In this document: positions 53,856-64,000 of the stretch, one piece after another
How positions within the stretch are numbered: position 1 is the stretch's first letter
Layout of the letters: every line of letters starts with the position of its first letter
Assembly: GCF_006345805.1 (NCBI RefSeq)
Contig: NC_042999.1
Span: forward strand, 32,922,001-32,986,000
DNA from: Octopus sinensis
Lineage: Eukaryota
Length of the DNA stretch: 64,000 bases
Direction of reading: 5' to 3'
Position numbers and translations under genes: made by a program
Notes under the pieces: model-generated
Database searches by the model: none
The model's input: only the letters and a program-made list of their open reading frames with translations
Told to the model about the DNA's origin: nothing

Positions 53856-55177
53856 TTTGTATTGTTGGAGAAAGAAAATAAAAAAATACTATAGATTTAT
53901 ATTAAATATTTTGCTTTAAAGATGTTATTAAAATGTATCTTTAAGAAATATTATTCACAGCGAGGAGATTGATTGCTAGAATAGAACAAACACTTTTGAA
54001 ATAAAGCTTCGTCAATTTTTTTCCTTAAACATATGTTTATTTTTAATGTGAATTACGTTGGTATTGGCCTAAAATATATAAATGTAATACAAGATATTTG
54101 TTTCTGGACAAATCTTATATAAGTTTGATGTATTAATACCGGATGTTCAAAATTGAAATTGACGCCAATAATAAAATATTAAAAACCTGTGCACCGAATG
54201 TATTTACAAAAAAGTCATGTAGTATAAATAATCCTGCAACAGGTACATAGCAGTCAACCTTTTCAGATGACAATATATATATGTTCTATTGATTCTTATT
54301 TAATATACACAAATGAAATGTGCGTAGTCTATTTGTTGAAGAATCTGTTTGTTGTCATTTCGCAGCAAAAACCAATTTTATTTACATAGCGTTGGTGAGA
54401 CATGTTAAATTGTTAGAACTGTTAATACAGAAATTACATTTTCAATCTGCAGAATAGGAAAAAGGTAAACACATTCACTGAAACCTCAAACGTCACAGAT
54501 GTATGTATATATATACATATGTTTCTGTATTCGTATTAATAGTGGCTGCTAAATGTAGGTGTGTGTGTGGTGCGCTCACACACACACATGAACACGTACA
54601 CATATGTTTGCAAACACTCACATAAATATAATATATGTGTGTATGTGTGTGTGTCTGTGCTTGTGTATGTGGGTGCGAATATGTGCATGTTTTAGTGTGT
54701 GTATATATATACATCTATATCTGTGAGTGTATGGATGTCTGTAAGTATGTTCGTATTTACGAATACTGCTAAAGTAGAGGGTAAATTTGTATTATGGTGC
54801 TGAGATTTTTGCACTTTTGTTTTTATAAGGTTCAAGATAATGTCTGTACTGGTACAGGCGGGACAAATAAAATCAGATTAGCCTAAAATGGTACCAAGAT
54901 TATTTATGTGCGCATCTGTATTGTGAGTGTGTGGGTGTATATGAATGCGCACGCGCGTTTGCAAGTATCTTTCTACTTCTGTTTATACATAAGTATACGT
55001 CTGTGTAGAAAATAATATATATGTATCAAAGTATATTATGTATACTTATATATATGTGTGTGTGTGTATGTATGCATAAGTATACACATGTATTTATGAA
55101 CACATAAATATATACATATACATATGTATGAGTGCGTATGTGTATGTATATATGTACATACATATATACATATTTAC

Positions 55178-55208
<31 letters not shown>

Positions 55209-55479
55209 ATATATATAATTGTGTACATATATATATATATACACATATACATATATTTATGTGTGTATACGTTAGAGGTTAAGAACCCATCTAAGGGATA
55301 TTAAATATCCAACATACTACTGGATGAGTACCTCCGTATTTTTAACCAAGGGTTTATTATTGCAAGGTATATTGTATTGCTTACTATGTACGGGTGGGAG
55401 TAAATTGGAAATTTACCCAGGATATATAAGACAAATAAGAAAATGGTCAGGATATAAAGTCGACAAACATCATCCAGTA

Positions 55480-55539
<60 letters not shown>

Positions 55540-55544
55540 TATAT

Positions 55545-55905
55545 GGAGGCGAAATGGCCCAGTGGTTATGGCAGCGGACTCACGGTTTCGATTCCCAGAC
55601 TGTTGTGAGTGTTTATTGAGCGAAAACACCTAAGACTCCACGAGGCACCGACAGGGATGGTGGTGATCCCTGCTGTACTCTTTCACCACAAATTTCTCTC
55701 ACTCTTACTTCTTGTTTCTGTTGTACCTGTATTTCAAAGGGCCGGCCTCGTCACTCTCTGTGTCACGCTGAATATCCCCGAGAACTACGTTAAGGGTACA
55801 CGTGTCTGTGTAGTGCTCAGCCACTTACACGTTAATTTCACGAGCAGGCTGTTCTGTTGATCGGATCAACCGGAACCCTCATCGTCGTAACCGACGGAGT
55901 GCTTC
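55545..55905 (+). mobile_element. tRNA-derived SINE (head shared with 23812-24112, different tail)
   Basis: A box tggcccagtgg, B box ggtttcgattcc, tail ggaaccctcatcgtcgtaaccgacggagtg. Confidence 0.8.
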
Positions 55906-55933
55906 CATCTATCCATATATATATATATATTAT

Positions 55934-55983
<50 letters not shown>

Positions 55984-56013
55984 ATATATATTATGTATGT
56001 ATATATATATATT

Positions 56014-56393
56014 AGGCGCAGGAGTGGCTGTATGGTAAGTAGCTTGCTTACCAACCACATGATTCCGGGTTCAGTCCCACTGCCTGAAACCTTGGGCAAG
56101 TGTCTTCTACTATAGCCTTGGGCCGACCAAAGCCTTGCGAGTGGATTTGGTAGACGGACACTGGAGAAGCTCGTCGTATATATGTATTTATATGTATGTG
56201 TGTGTATATGTTTCTGTGTCTGTGTTTGTCCTCCCACCATTGGTTGATAACCGACGATGGTGTGTTTACGTCCCAGTAACTTAGCGATTCAGCAAAAGAG
56301 ACCGATAGAATAAGGCCAGGGGTCCATTCACTCGACTAAAAGGCGGTGCTCGAGAATGGCCGCAATCAAATGACTGAAGCAAGTAAAAGAGTA
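56014..56393 (+). mobile_element. tRNA-derived SINE (49061 family)
   Basis: Collinear with 49061-49510. Confidence 0.85.
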
Positions 56394-56406
56394 ATATATA
56401 AACTGA

Positions 56407-56437
<31 letters not shown>

Positions 56438-56499
56438 GAGGGGACAGAGACATAGACAGAGAGACATTCTTTTATTTCTCTATGCGTTTCAGCCTAAAT

Positions 56500-58700
56500 A
56501 GTACTGCCACGCTGAGGCACGGGAATATCATCATCTTTTTAATGTCCATTTAATGGGACTTGATGAAGGAGGAAGTTTGATATTGCTGCCTTCTTTGAAG
56601 ATTTTTCCTATGACTTATGTTTATCTGGAATCTTGGACAGCAGAATATCAAAGTGTTTCCTGAAAACCTTGATCCCCACCTTATGTAGCTCACTCCGTAT
56701 GTTTAGAAAGATATCCAATAACTGTCGGCCTATGCATCTATCGCAACACCTAGTCTCCATTCTTGCCTCTATGTTAAGTAATTTTCAACACTGCAGTGAC
56801 ATCTTTTTATGTATGCGAGTATATCTCTCGATACAAAAATTTGGTATCAACATCTCTACTATGTATATCTCTACCGTTCTCCCTCCAGAAAGTAGAGACA
56901 AACTTGTTTCAGCGTGTCCCAAAGACTCAGCTTTTCATTGATGCAAACTTCTAGTATATAACCATCGAGCTGCTTCAACTTTTGTTATTAATTGAAAACT
57001 ATTCGTTCCGTTGTTGAGAGCAATTATCCACACGGCTGGAGACGTCCTCCATAAGACAAATCCATTATCTTGATCTATTCTTCTCAAAGTTCTCAGAATC
57101 CATCCGGAATTTCGCTTTCACACTCCTACCACCTTGCTGATATCAAACGAGGCGTCGTCACATATCGATCCCAAGGGCACGCACTCTGTTTCTTTTAGCA
57201 GCACAATATCTTTGTTATGATCTGTTAGCGGAATGCGATTAATAACGGATGATTAGCAAATTTCCTGCATTTAATCGCTTCTAGTTTCCTTCAGCCCATT
57301 TACATATGACATATTGGTCTTTCTGTTGAATAGCAATGAGAAGTTCGGAAAGTGCCCGCGCTACTTTAGTATCGTGGACATATCTACTTATTGTGACTGT
57401 ATGTGCAACTGATGGAATGCCCGAGAAAATTACTATAACCAGCAGCAAATCCAAGACACTTCCTAAGGAACTCCACACGCTATTTCTGTCTCCTCGCATA
57501 GCCACTACAGTTTGGCTTCAGTCTTTTAAGCAGTTTTCTACCCACTCTCCCACGTTTTTTCGTGTCTTCGTGGCTTGTGAGTCCCGTATTCAACCTTATC
57601 AAAGATTTTGAGTTATATCAAATCCACATTCAGACAAATCATTAGTTGCTTCAACACCGAATCAAAATGCTGCAGCATCAGTTAAGCAGCATCTTCTTGG
57701 GTGAAAGCCAAGCCATATGTCAGGAATATGTTATTAACTTCTATACGCATGATCAGCTTGTTCCTGACAATACGTTCCATGTATTTACTGATATGTGATA
57801 GAGACAGACCTCAGCAACCTTCTTTATGGATAGGACATGTGGTCTTTCTATAATATTCGGGGAAGTCTCCAACTTGTAAGGAAGCATTGGAAGAGAACCT
57901 GCAGTGGTCTTGCTGGAGATCCTTTGCTTTACTTTAGGGGTATGGCTAGGAATGCATCAAGACGTGTGACTAAGTGTAAGCTCACTTCGCCTATAGATAA
58001 TATTTAATCAGATTCCTTTACTTCGATGTGATAATTACCACAATTTGTGTGTAGAGGTGTGTTCACGACGACATGATCTGGCAGAGCTATTTGCTATGAT
58101 TTTGAATTACACATTCGGTACTTCAGTTGTCGACTTGTTGTTCGCAGTCCGTCGGCCATTTTCTTTAAAACTATAAAGAAGTTTTAGGATTTGTCTTTTC
58201 ATTTTATTCTGCTCTGATTTACTCTTTGTCCTTTCCTTTTCATGGAATTGTTTGAGTTAAATTTTAATCTCAATCTATGTTTGTTAAAGATTATTCACTA
58301 TGCTTTAGTGGCCTATTAAGATGATTTGAGATCTTTATTCTTCGTCTCCTTAGCATTTTCCTATCCCGGGGTATATTTTTTAGGTCGGTTTGACATTCTC
58401 TTTAGAGGAGACATACTACATAATCCATGCAATATTGTCATAAAAGCTGTAGCTTTATGTCAATAGCCTGCGCAGAATGAAAGGCTGGCAAGTGTGTTTT
58501 AGATCCTCTTTCTGAATACCTTTCCAGTGAGCTTTATGGAGGTTGGAAACTCTTAGAAGAATATGAAGTTTGTCATCTAGGTTGGTTAATACACTTTCCA
58601 TCTGTGTTTAGGCTCTCTTCCACCGAGCATTAAAATTTCCAGACTCATTCAAGTACTAGTGTACACAAAACATTATCTATTCATTCTAGTTAATAATACG
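56500..58700 (-). mobile_element. CR1/L2-like LINE relic (RT region)
   Basis: GSVLDLLLVIVI...TISRYVHDTKV...ICKWAEGN is a decayed GPLLF..YADDTK..W motif. Boundaries are approximate. Confidence 0.7.
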
Positions 58701-58984
58701 GAAAACGTTGTCAGATATCTGTCGGTTATTGACCTACTTTATTAACTGAACAGTTTGACTGAAAATAAGACGATATTAATGATATGATTTAAAAGCAGCA
58801 TAGATGTAATGTCTTCGCTGTAACTGAACTACGATAGGTGGATATATGATACTGTTTACACATGAATTTGAGTGAGAGTACTTGAATCACGAAAATGCTT
58901 AAACGTACATTTTCAAATGAGAAAACGCCTTGCAGTATTCTAAAGCCATTCAATTACGCTAGTTAGTAAATATTAATATTGGGT

Positions 58985-59157
58985 TCACATTTTGGCACAA
59001 GGCCAGCAAGTTCGGGGTAGGGGTAGTCGATTAAATATCACGATTACATACCCCGGCGGTATGTTAACTCAGAACGTAAAGACGGACAAAACGCCGCTAA
59101 GTATTTTTCTCTTTTAATTTTTGCCGGCGCAATAATGATTCTGCTAGCTCGCCGCTC
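58985..59157 (-). mobile_element. SINE (25932 family), internally deleted
   Basis: The minus strand begins gcggcgagctagcagaatcatt and has ttctgagtt. Confidence 0.65.
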
Positions 59158-60544
59158 TATATTTAATAAATATTCGATAGCATAATCTAATGTACTGCTA
59201 CTACGTAACATTACAGATCGTTGTCATTCAGCTATTTAACACATACTTAACGACAAACACGTAGATCCATCAATGAACTGGCACACCCTGATCAATTTTT
59301 TTTTAATCGTAAAAAAGAATAACATTTATATTTGTGTCATGGTATGCTTAGATATATTTCTCAACTATTTTGTTAGATTTCAATGATTATTGAAATATAG
59401 CAAATAATTTAACGTAGCGAGCAAGAAATGAAATTTAATAAAAATTAAATTCCATTAAAAGATTTTTTAAATTATAGTATATTTTCCAAAAGACTTTCAA
59501 TGGAATCTGCAAAGAAATATAATCTAAATGGATGTCAGAACAAATATTTAAAAACAGCACAAAAATAAGAGCAACATTCGATGAGGGCGGAAAATGTGCT
59601 CAATTGTTCAATAGAGATGTAATGAGATACATAACAAACAATGAGGGGACAGCACATCTTCATAAGCTTCGTATAGTATATAAATTATCATGAAGATGAT
59701 ACTGTATAATTTGCTCTTTTATTTTGTTAATCATAACAAAGAAATACAATAGATTTTTTTGTTTGATATTTTATAACCTTTATCGTCGAGACGATAGTTT
59801 CCATGAAAAAATAAGTAATTTAGATTTTTTTTTATATTTTGCTTTATCTTTATTTCAGTACGAGAAACACAAATATGCACTACTTTGTATTTGCACATAT
59901 TTTATTCACTTACTTTAAACAATCTGAATTTCTCACCATATTGAAATTTCTAATGAGAATTTTGAAAAGATTGACTTTCTACAAACATAATTATGTTTGT
60001 ATATACCTTGGCAAACCACGTGTAATACAGATAAATATCAACCAATATACAGAAGGTAACAGTTAACAACTATTTATAGTCGATTCCAATATGGTTAGAT
60101 TTCTATAAATTACTTGTCGCGAACCATTAGTTTTTTTTTCATTTCTCCTGATATTATTTGTGTAAGATAGGTGCATAGGCGTGTAAGAATGTATGAATGC
60201 GTTCCTAGTGAGATTAGCATGAGTATATGTGCGTGCATTTTTTGTGCTTGTATTGAGTATGGCAGTACGCTCAGAGGGAAGAGCTCCATAATGCCTAACA
60301 ATCATCTCCATTAAATTCTTGAAGAATGCAAAAAATATCAGTAGATAGGTACATGCATGTATGTACATAAATATATATGCATATATACATACATACATAC
60401 ACATAAGTATTTGAAGCGGCAAGTCGCGGATTTTGCGTTGAAGGCTATTTATCAAAAATACGATGAATACCATCTTCGACTTTGGAGCTACAACTATCAG
60501 TCTTGATAAATAACTGAATAATTCTCAGATGAATACGGAGGTAG

Positions 60545-60800
60545 CCTTTTATTCATGATCGAAGTGGGAGAGTGGGTACAAGACTTTTTAAAAGACAGAA
60601 GCCAAACTGGCTATTGGGGTCCTATGCGAGGAGACAGAAATAGCGAGTGGAGTACCTCAGGAAGTGTCTTGGAACTGCTGCTGGTTATAGTAATTTTCTT
60701 GAGTACTCCATCAGTTGCACAGGCAGTCACACTTAGTAGATATGTCCACGATACAAAAGTAGCACGGACACTTTCCGAACTTCTCATTGCTATTCAACAG
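60545..60800 (+). mobile_element. CR1-like RT fragment, inverted copy of ~57330-57560
   Basis: Shares RYVHDTKVAR.LSELLIAIQQ with the 57281-57505 ORF. Confidence 0.75.
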
Positions 60801-60814
60801 ATAAAATTTTTTTT

Positions 60815-61270
60815 GTAGCTGTAGTTATAGAACAAACCGTGAATACAAAACTCATTTCTCTTGGAGTTATGAATTGAATAATGATTTATTTAACTGCCAC
60901 AAAAAAGGGAAACAACCCCACTCCCACCACTGTTGGATATCTGAATCGATTGTAATCATATTTCGATCTGCATCCAGAGATAAATAATTTACTGCGATGC
61001 ATCTACACCAACAAGATACATTATAGAACATAGAAAGAAGATTAGTAACTGTAACATTATTAAAAAGCCGAAAATTAACTTTCTTCCCAACTCTATAAAC
61101 AAAAACAAAAGCGTGAATGATATAAGACAGTCACGTGCTTTCGCAGCTAGTGACATTCCAACAGATTCCATAGTGACTGCTAGCCAAACTACATTACTGG
61201 CTCAAGTAACTGACCACTGTCTCCATACTGGGACTATTGTAAATAGCAGGCACAACCGCAACGATTATTA

Positions 61271-61325
<55 letters not shown>

Positions 61326-61830
61326 GGTGGTGGTGGTGGTGGTGGTGGTGGTGGTGGTAGTGGTGGTGGTGGTGTTGGTGGTGGTGGTAGTGACAGTAGT
61401 AGTAGTAGTAGTAGTAATGAAGATTATATGCCGGTGAAATGTGCCCGTAGTGAAATTTTCCGAGAAAAAATATCTTGGGCTTTCAAGAACTCTCTCGAGG
61501 AGAGATATTTCTCTATTAAAGTAAGTAAAAAAAAGACATCAGATACAGAATTAAAAGTTGTTAACGAATTCTGTGATGAGTATGTATAAGATTGTGATGA
61601 ACCCACATACTGGCAGATTAACACCTGTCTACTATTGTACAACTACTATTGTAAAACAGTATCTGAATGATATCCAAAAAGTAATCAAAACAAAAATACC
61701 AATGTAAATGCCATAACGGGGTTTGAATACAGCGGAAAAAACAACTGGTTTCCGGAAGATCATGAGTGATGTAATTATGCTTATTGCATGCAAACTATAC
61801 GTCCCACCAACAGAAAGTAACGAAGGAGAT
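60815..61830 (+). mobile_element. R4/Dong-like 5' region (homologous to ~11630-12675)
   Basis: Collinear matches, e.g. gaatcgattg.aatcatatttcgatctgcatccag, ctgctagccaaact, gaacccacatactgg.agattaacac. Confidence 0.7.
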
Positions 61831-61839
61831 AGAAATGAT

Positions 61840-62397
61840 GAAGATGAAGAAGGAGGAGAGGAAGAAGGAGAAGAAGAAGAAGAAGAAGAAGAAGAAGAAG
61901 AAGAAAAAGAAGAAGAAGAAGAAGGAGAAGAAGTAGAAGGAGAAGAGGAGGAGTAGAAGGAGATGAGAAGAAGAAGTAGAAGAAGGAGAAGAAGAAGAAG
62001 GAGAAGAAGAAGAAGAAGAAGAAGAAGAAGGAGAAGAAGAAGAAGGAGAGGAAGAAGGAGAAGAAGAAGAAGAAGGAGAAGAAGAAGGAGAAGAGGAAGA
62101 AGAAGAAGAAGAAGAAGGAGAAGTAGAAGGAGAAGAAGTAGAAGGAGAAGAGGAGGAGTAGAAGGAGAAGAGAAGAAGGAGAAGTAGAAGAAGAAGAAGA
62201 AGAAGAAGGAGAAGAAGAAGAAGAAGAAGAAGAAGGAGAAGAAGAAGGAGAAGAAGAAGAATAAGGAGAAGAAGAAGGAGAAGAAGAAGAAGTAGAAGAA
62301 GTAGAAGAAGGAGAAGAAGAAGGAGAAGAAGAAGAAAAAGAAGAAGAAGAAGAAGTAGAAGGAGAAGAAGTAGAAGGAGAAGAGGAGGAGTAGAAGG

Positions 62398-62428
<31 letters not shown>

Positions 62429-62527
62429 GAAGAAGAAGAAGGAGAAGAAGAAGGAGAAGAAGAAGAAGAAGGAGAAGAAGAAGGAGAAGAAGAAGAAGAA
62501 GAAGGAGAAGAAGAAGGAGAAGAAGAA

Positions 62528-62562
<35 letters not shown>

Positions 62563-62775
62563 AGGAGAAGTAGAAGGAGAAGAAGAAGAAGTAGAAGAAG
62601 AAGAAGGAGAAGAAGTAGAAGAGGAAGAAGAAGAAGAAGAAGAAGGAGAAGAAGAAGAAGAAGAAGAAGAAGGAGAGGAAGAAGGAGAAGAAGAAGAAGA
62701 AGGAGAAGAAGAAGGAGAAGAAGAAGAAGAAGAAGAAGAAGAAGAGAAGAAGAAGAAGAAGAAGAGGAAGAAGAC
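61840..62775. repeat. ~940-bp (GAA)/(GGA)/(GTA) purine-rich microsatellite
   Basis: Direct reading. Confidence 0.95.
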
Positions 62776-63489
62776 TTTCAAAGTCTCAAAATCACGAATT
62801 TTGGTAAAAGAACTTCTGTTTGTGGACAGGGGTTAGTCGATTAACCCCATGTTATCAAATGGAACTTATTTTATCGAACGTGAAAGGTTGATAGGAGAAT
62901 CTAACATTGGCAGCATTTGTCAATAAACTAACTGAAGAAATTGTGCCAAGAACTTTAAAAGATAGGCGCAATCGATTCTAACAACTAGCCGCCATAAACG
63001 AATATTGTATATGATTTCTAAAGCTACATGGAGGCAACAAGTACAGATCGATGCTTGTTTTCACACGCTGCTTTAACATTATTACGAACCATGATTGTTC
63101 ATAATGTTTTGCGTGATTATATGACCTAATTTGGTTGTAATAGTGGTGTCTAACTTTTAAATTCATTAGAAAACAAACACACAAAAAAGACGATCTATAG
63201 TTCTGCATCCGAAAACGTAGAGTGAAAGTAGAAACAGAGTCAATCACAGAAAAATTTTCGAACCAATTCCGCAAATGTTACCTGTTAGATAGATTGCCTA
63301 TCAAATTTCTCAAACAGGTCACCGAAATGTTATATTTTTAATGTTATTAAAAAAGAAACAGACTGATTTATTTTCTAAGTCAATGACATTTGCAACTGTT
63401 ACTGTTGGCAGTATTAACGAACAGAATGTTACATATGTCAACATTGGACGATGAATAGAAAATGATAGATGGAATCTAAGACACAATGT

Positions 63490-64000
63490 ATGATACGATG
63501 GCATTATTTGATGCCGACTTTGTTAATGGCTAGTGTTTCGAGGATCCATGTGTGGGGGATGCTATCAAACGCCTTTTTGTAGTCAATCCAGTCCATACTG
63601 AGGCCTTTCTTCTTTCTGTGGCTGTCTTCAGTTATGGCTTTATTAATCATTAGTTGATCTTTACAGCCATATGAGCCTTTGCGGCATCCTTTCTGCTCTT
63701 CTGGGAACAGTTTGTTTTCGTCCAGGTGCTTGTTCAGCCTTTGTGATATCACTGCAGTAAATGCCTTGAACATAGTAGGGAGGCAGGTTATTGTCTGTAG
63801 TTTTCTGGTTTTTCTGTTTCATTTGATTTGGGAATTAAGATGGTTTTCCCCTTCGTGAGCCATTCAGGCATTGTCTCTGGCTCTGCTAGTACTTTGTTAA
63901 AGTTTTCAGCCAGCTTTTTGTGCATTCCTGTTAGATATTTCAACCAGAAGTTGGAGATCTTGTCATGCCCAGGTGCCTTCCAGTTGCTTAGTCTTTGCAG
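63490..64000 (-). mobile_element. R4/Dong-like RT fragment (runs off the window end)
   Basis: EEQKGCRKGSYGCKDQLMINKAI...WIDYKKAFDSIPHTWI is a typical R4/Dong RT segment. Confidence 0.85.

Noticed and set aside
53895-53901. TATAAAT ~40 nt upstream of the ATG
   Set aside because: Such matches are frequent in this AT-rich DNA, and the TSS is unknown.
54213-54223. M-box-like AGTCATGTAGT upstream of the tyrosinase
   Set aside because: Lacks the CATGTG E-box core; a chance match is likely.
61795-62781. 328-aa Ser/Leu-rich ORF
   Set aside because: Translation of the (GAA)n tract's complement; there is no other coding signal.

Overview
AT-rich, microsatellite- and transposon-dense animal DNA. It is very probably an octopus or other coleoid cephalopod; this is inferred from the molluscan-type tyrosinase and the SINE families, not proven. 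There is one host gene: a 4-exon, minus-strand, secreted type-3 copper tyrosinase-like gene, join(53855..53487, 37044..36932, 33840..33695, 30257..29194), 563 aa. I assembled it by hand from GT-AG sites with consistent phases, and all six Cu-ligand His are present. Exon 2 is not visible as such in the ORF track. The rest is decayed mobile DNA: tRNA-derived SINEs, mariner (DD34D) and maT (DD37D) relics, a non-autonomous Helitron, Tx1/L1, CR1, R4/Dong, Ty3/gypsy and Penelope-like elements, plus an unusual number of long inverted repeats. The main hidden signal is a set of minimal type-I hammerhead ribozyme (HHR) motifs from several unrelated repeat families. These include a ~480-bp tandem retrozyme-like array in intron 1 whose HHRs lie in the sense of the tyrosinase pre-mRNA, and a family with a G3-C8 swapped catalytic core. 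All folds were done by eye and activity is untested.
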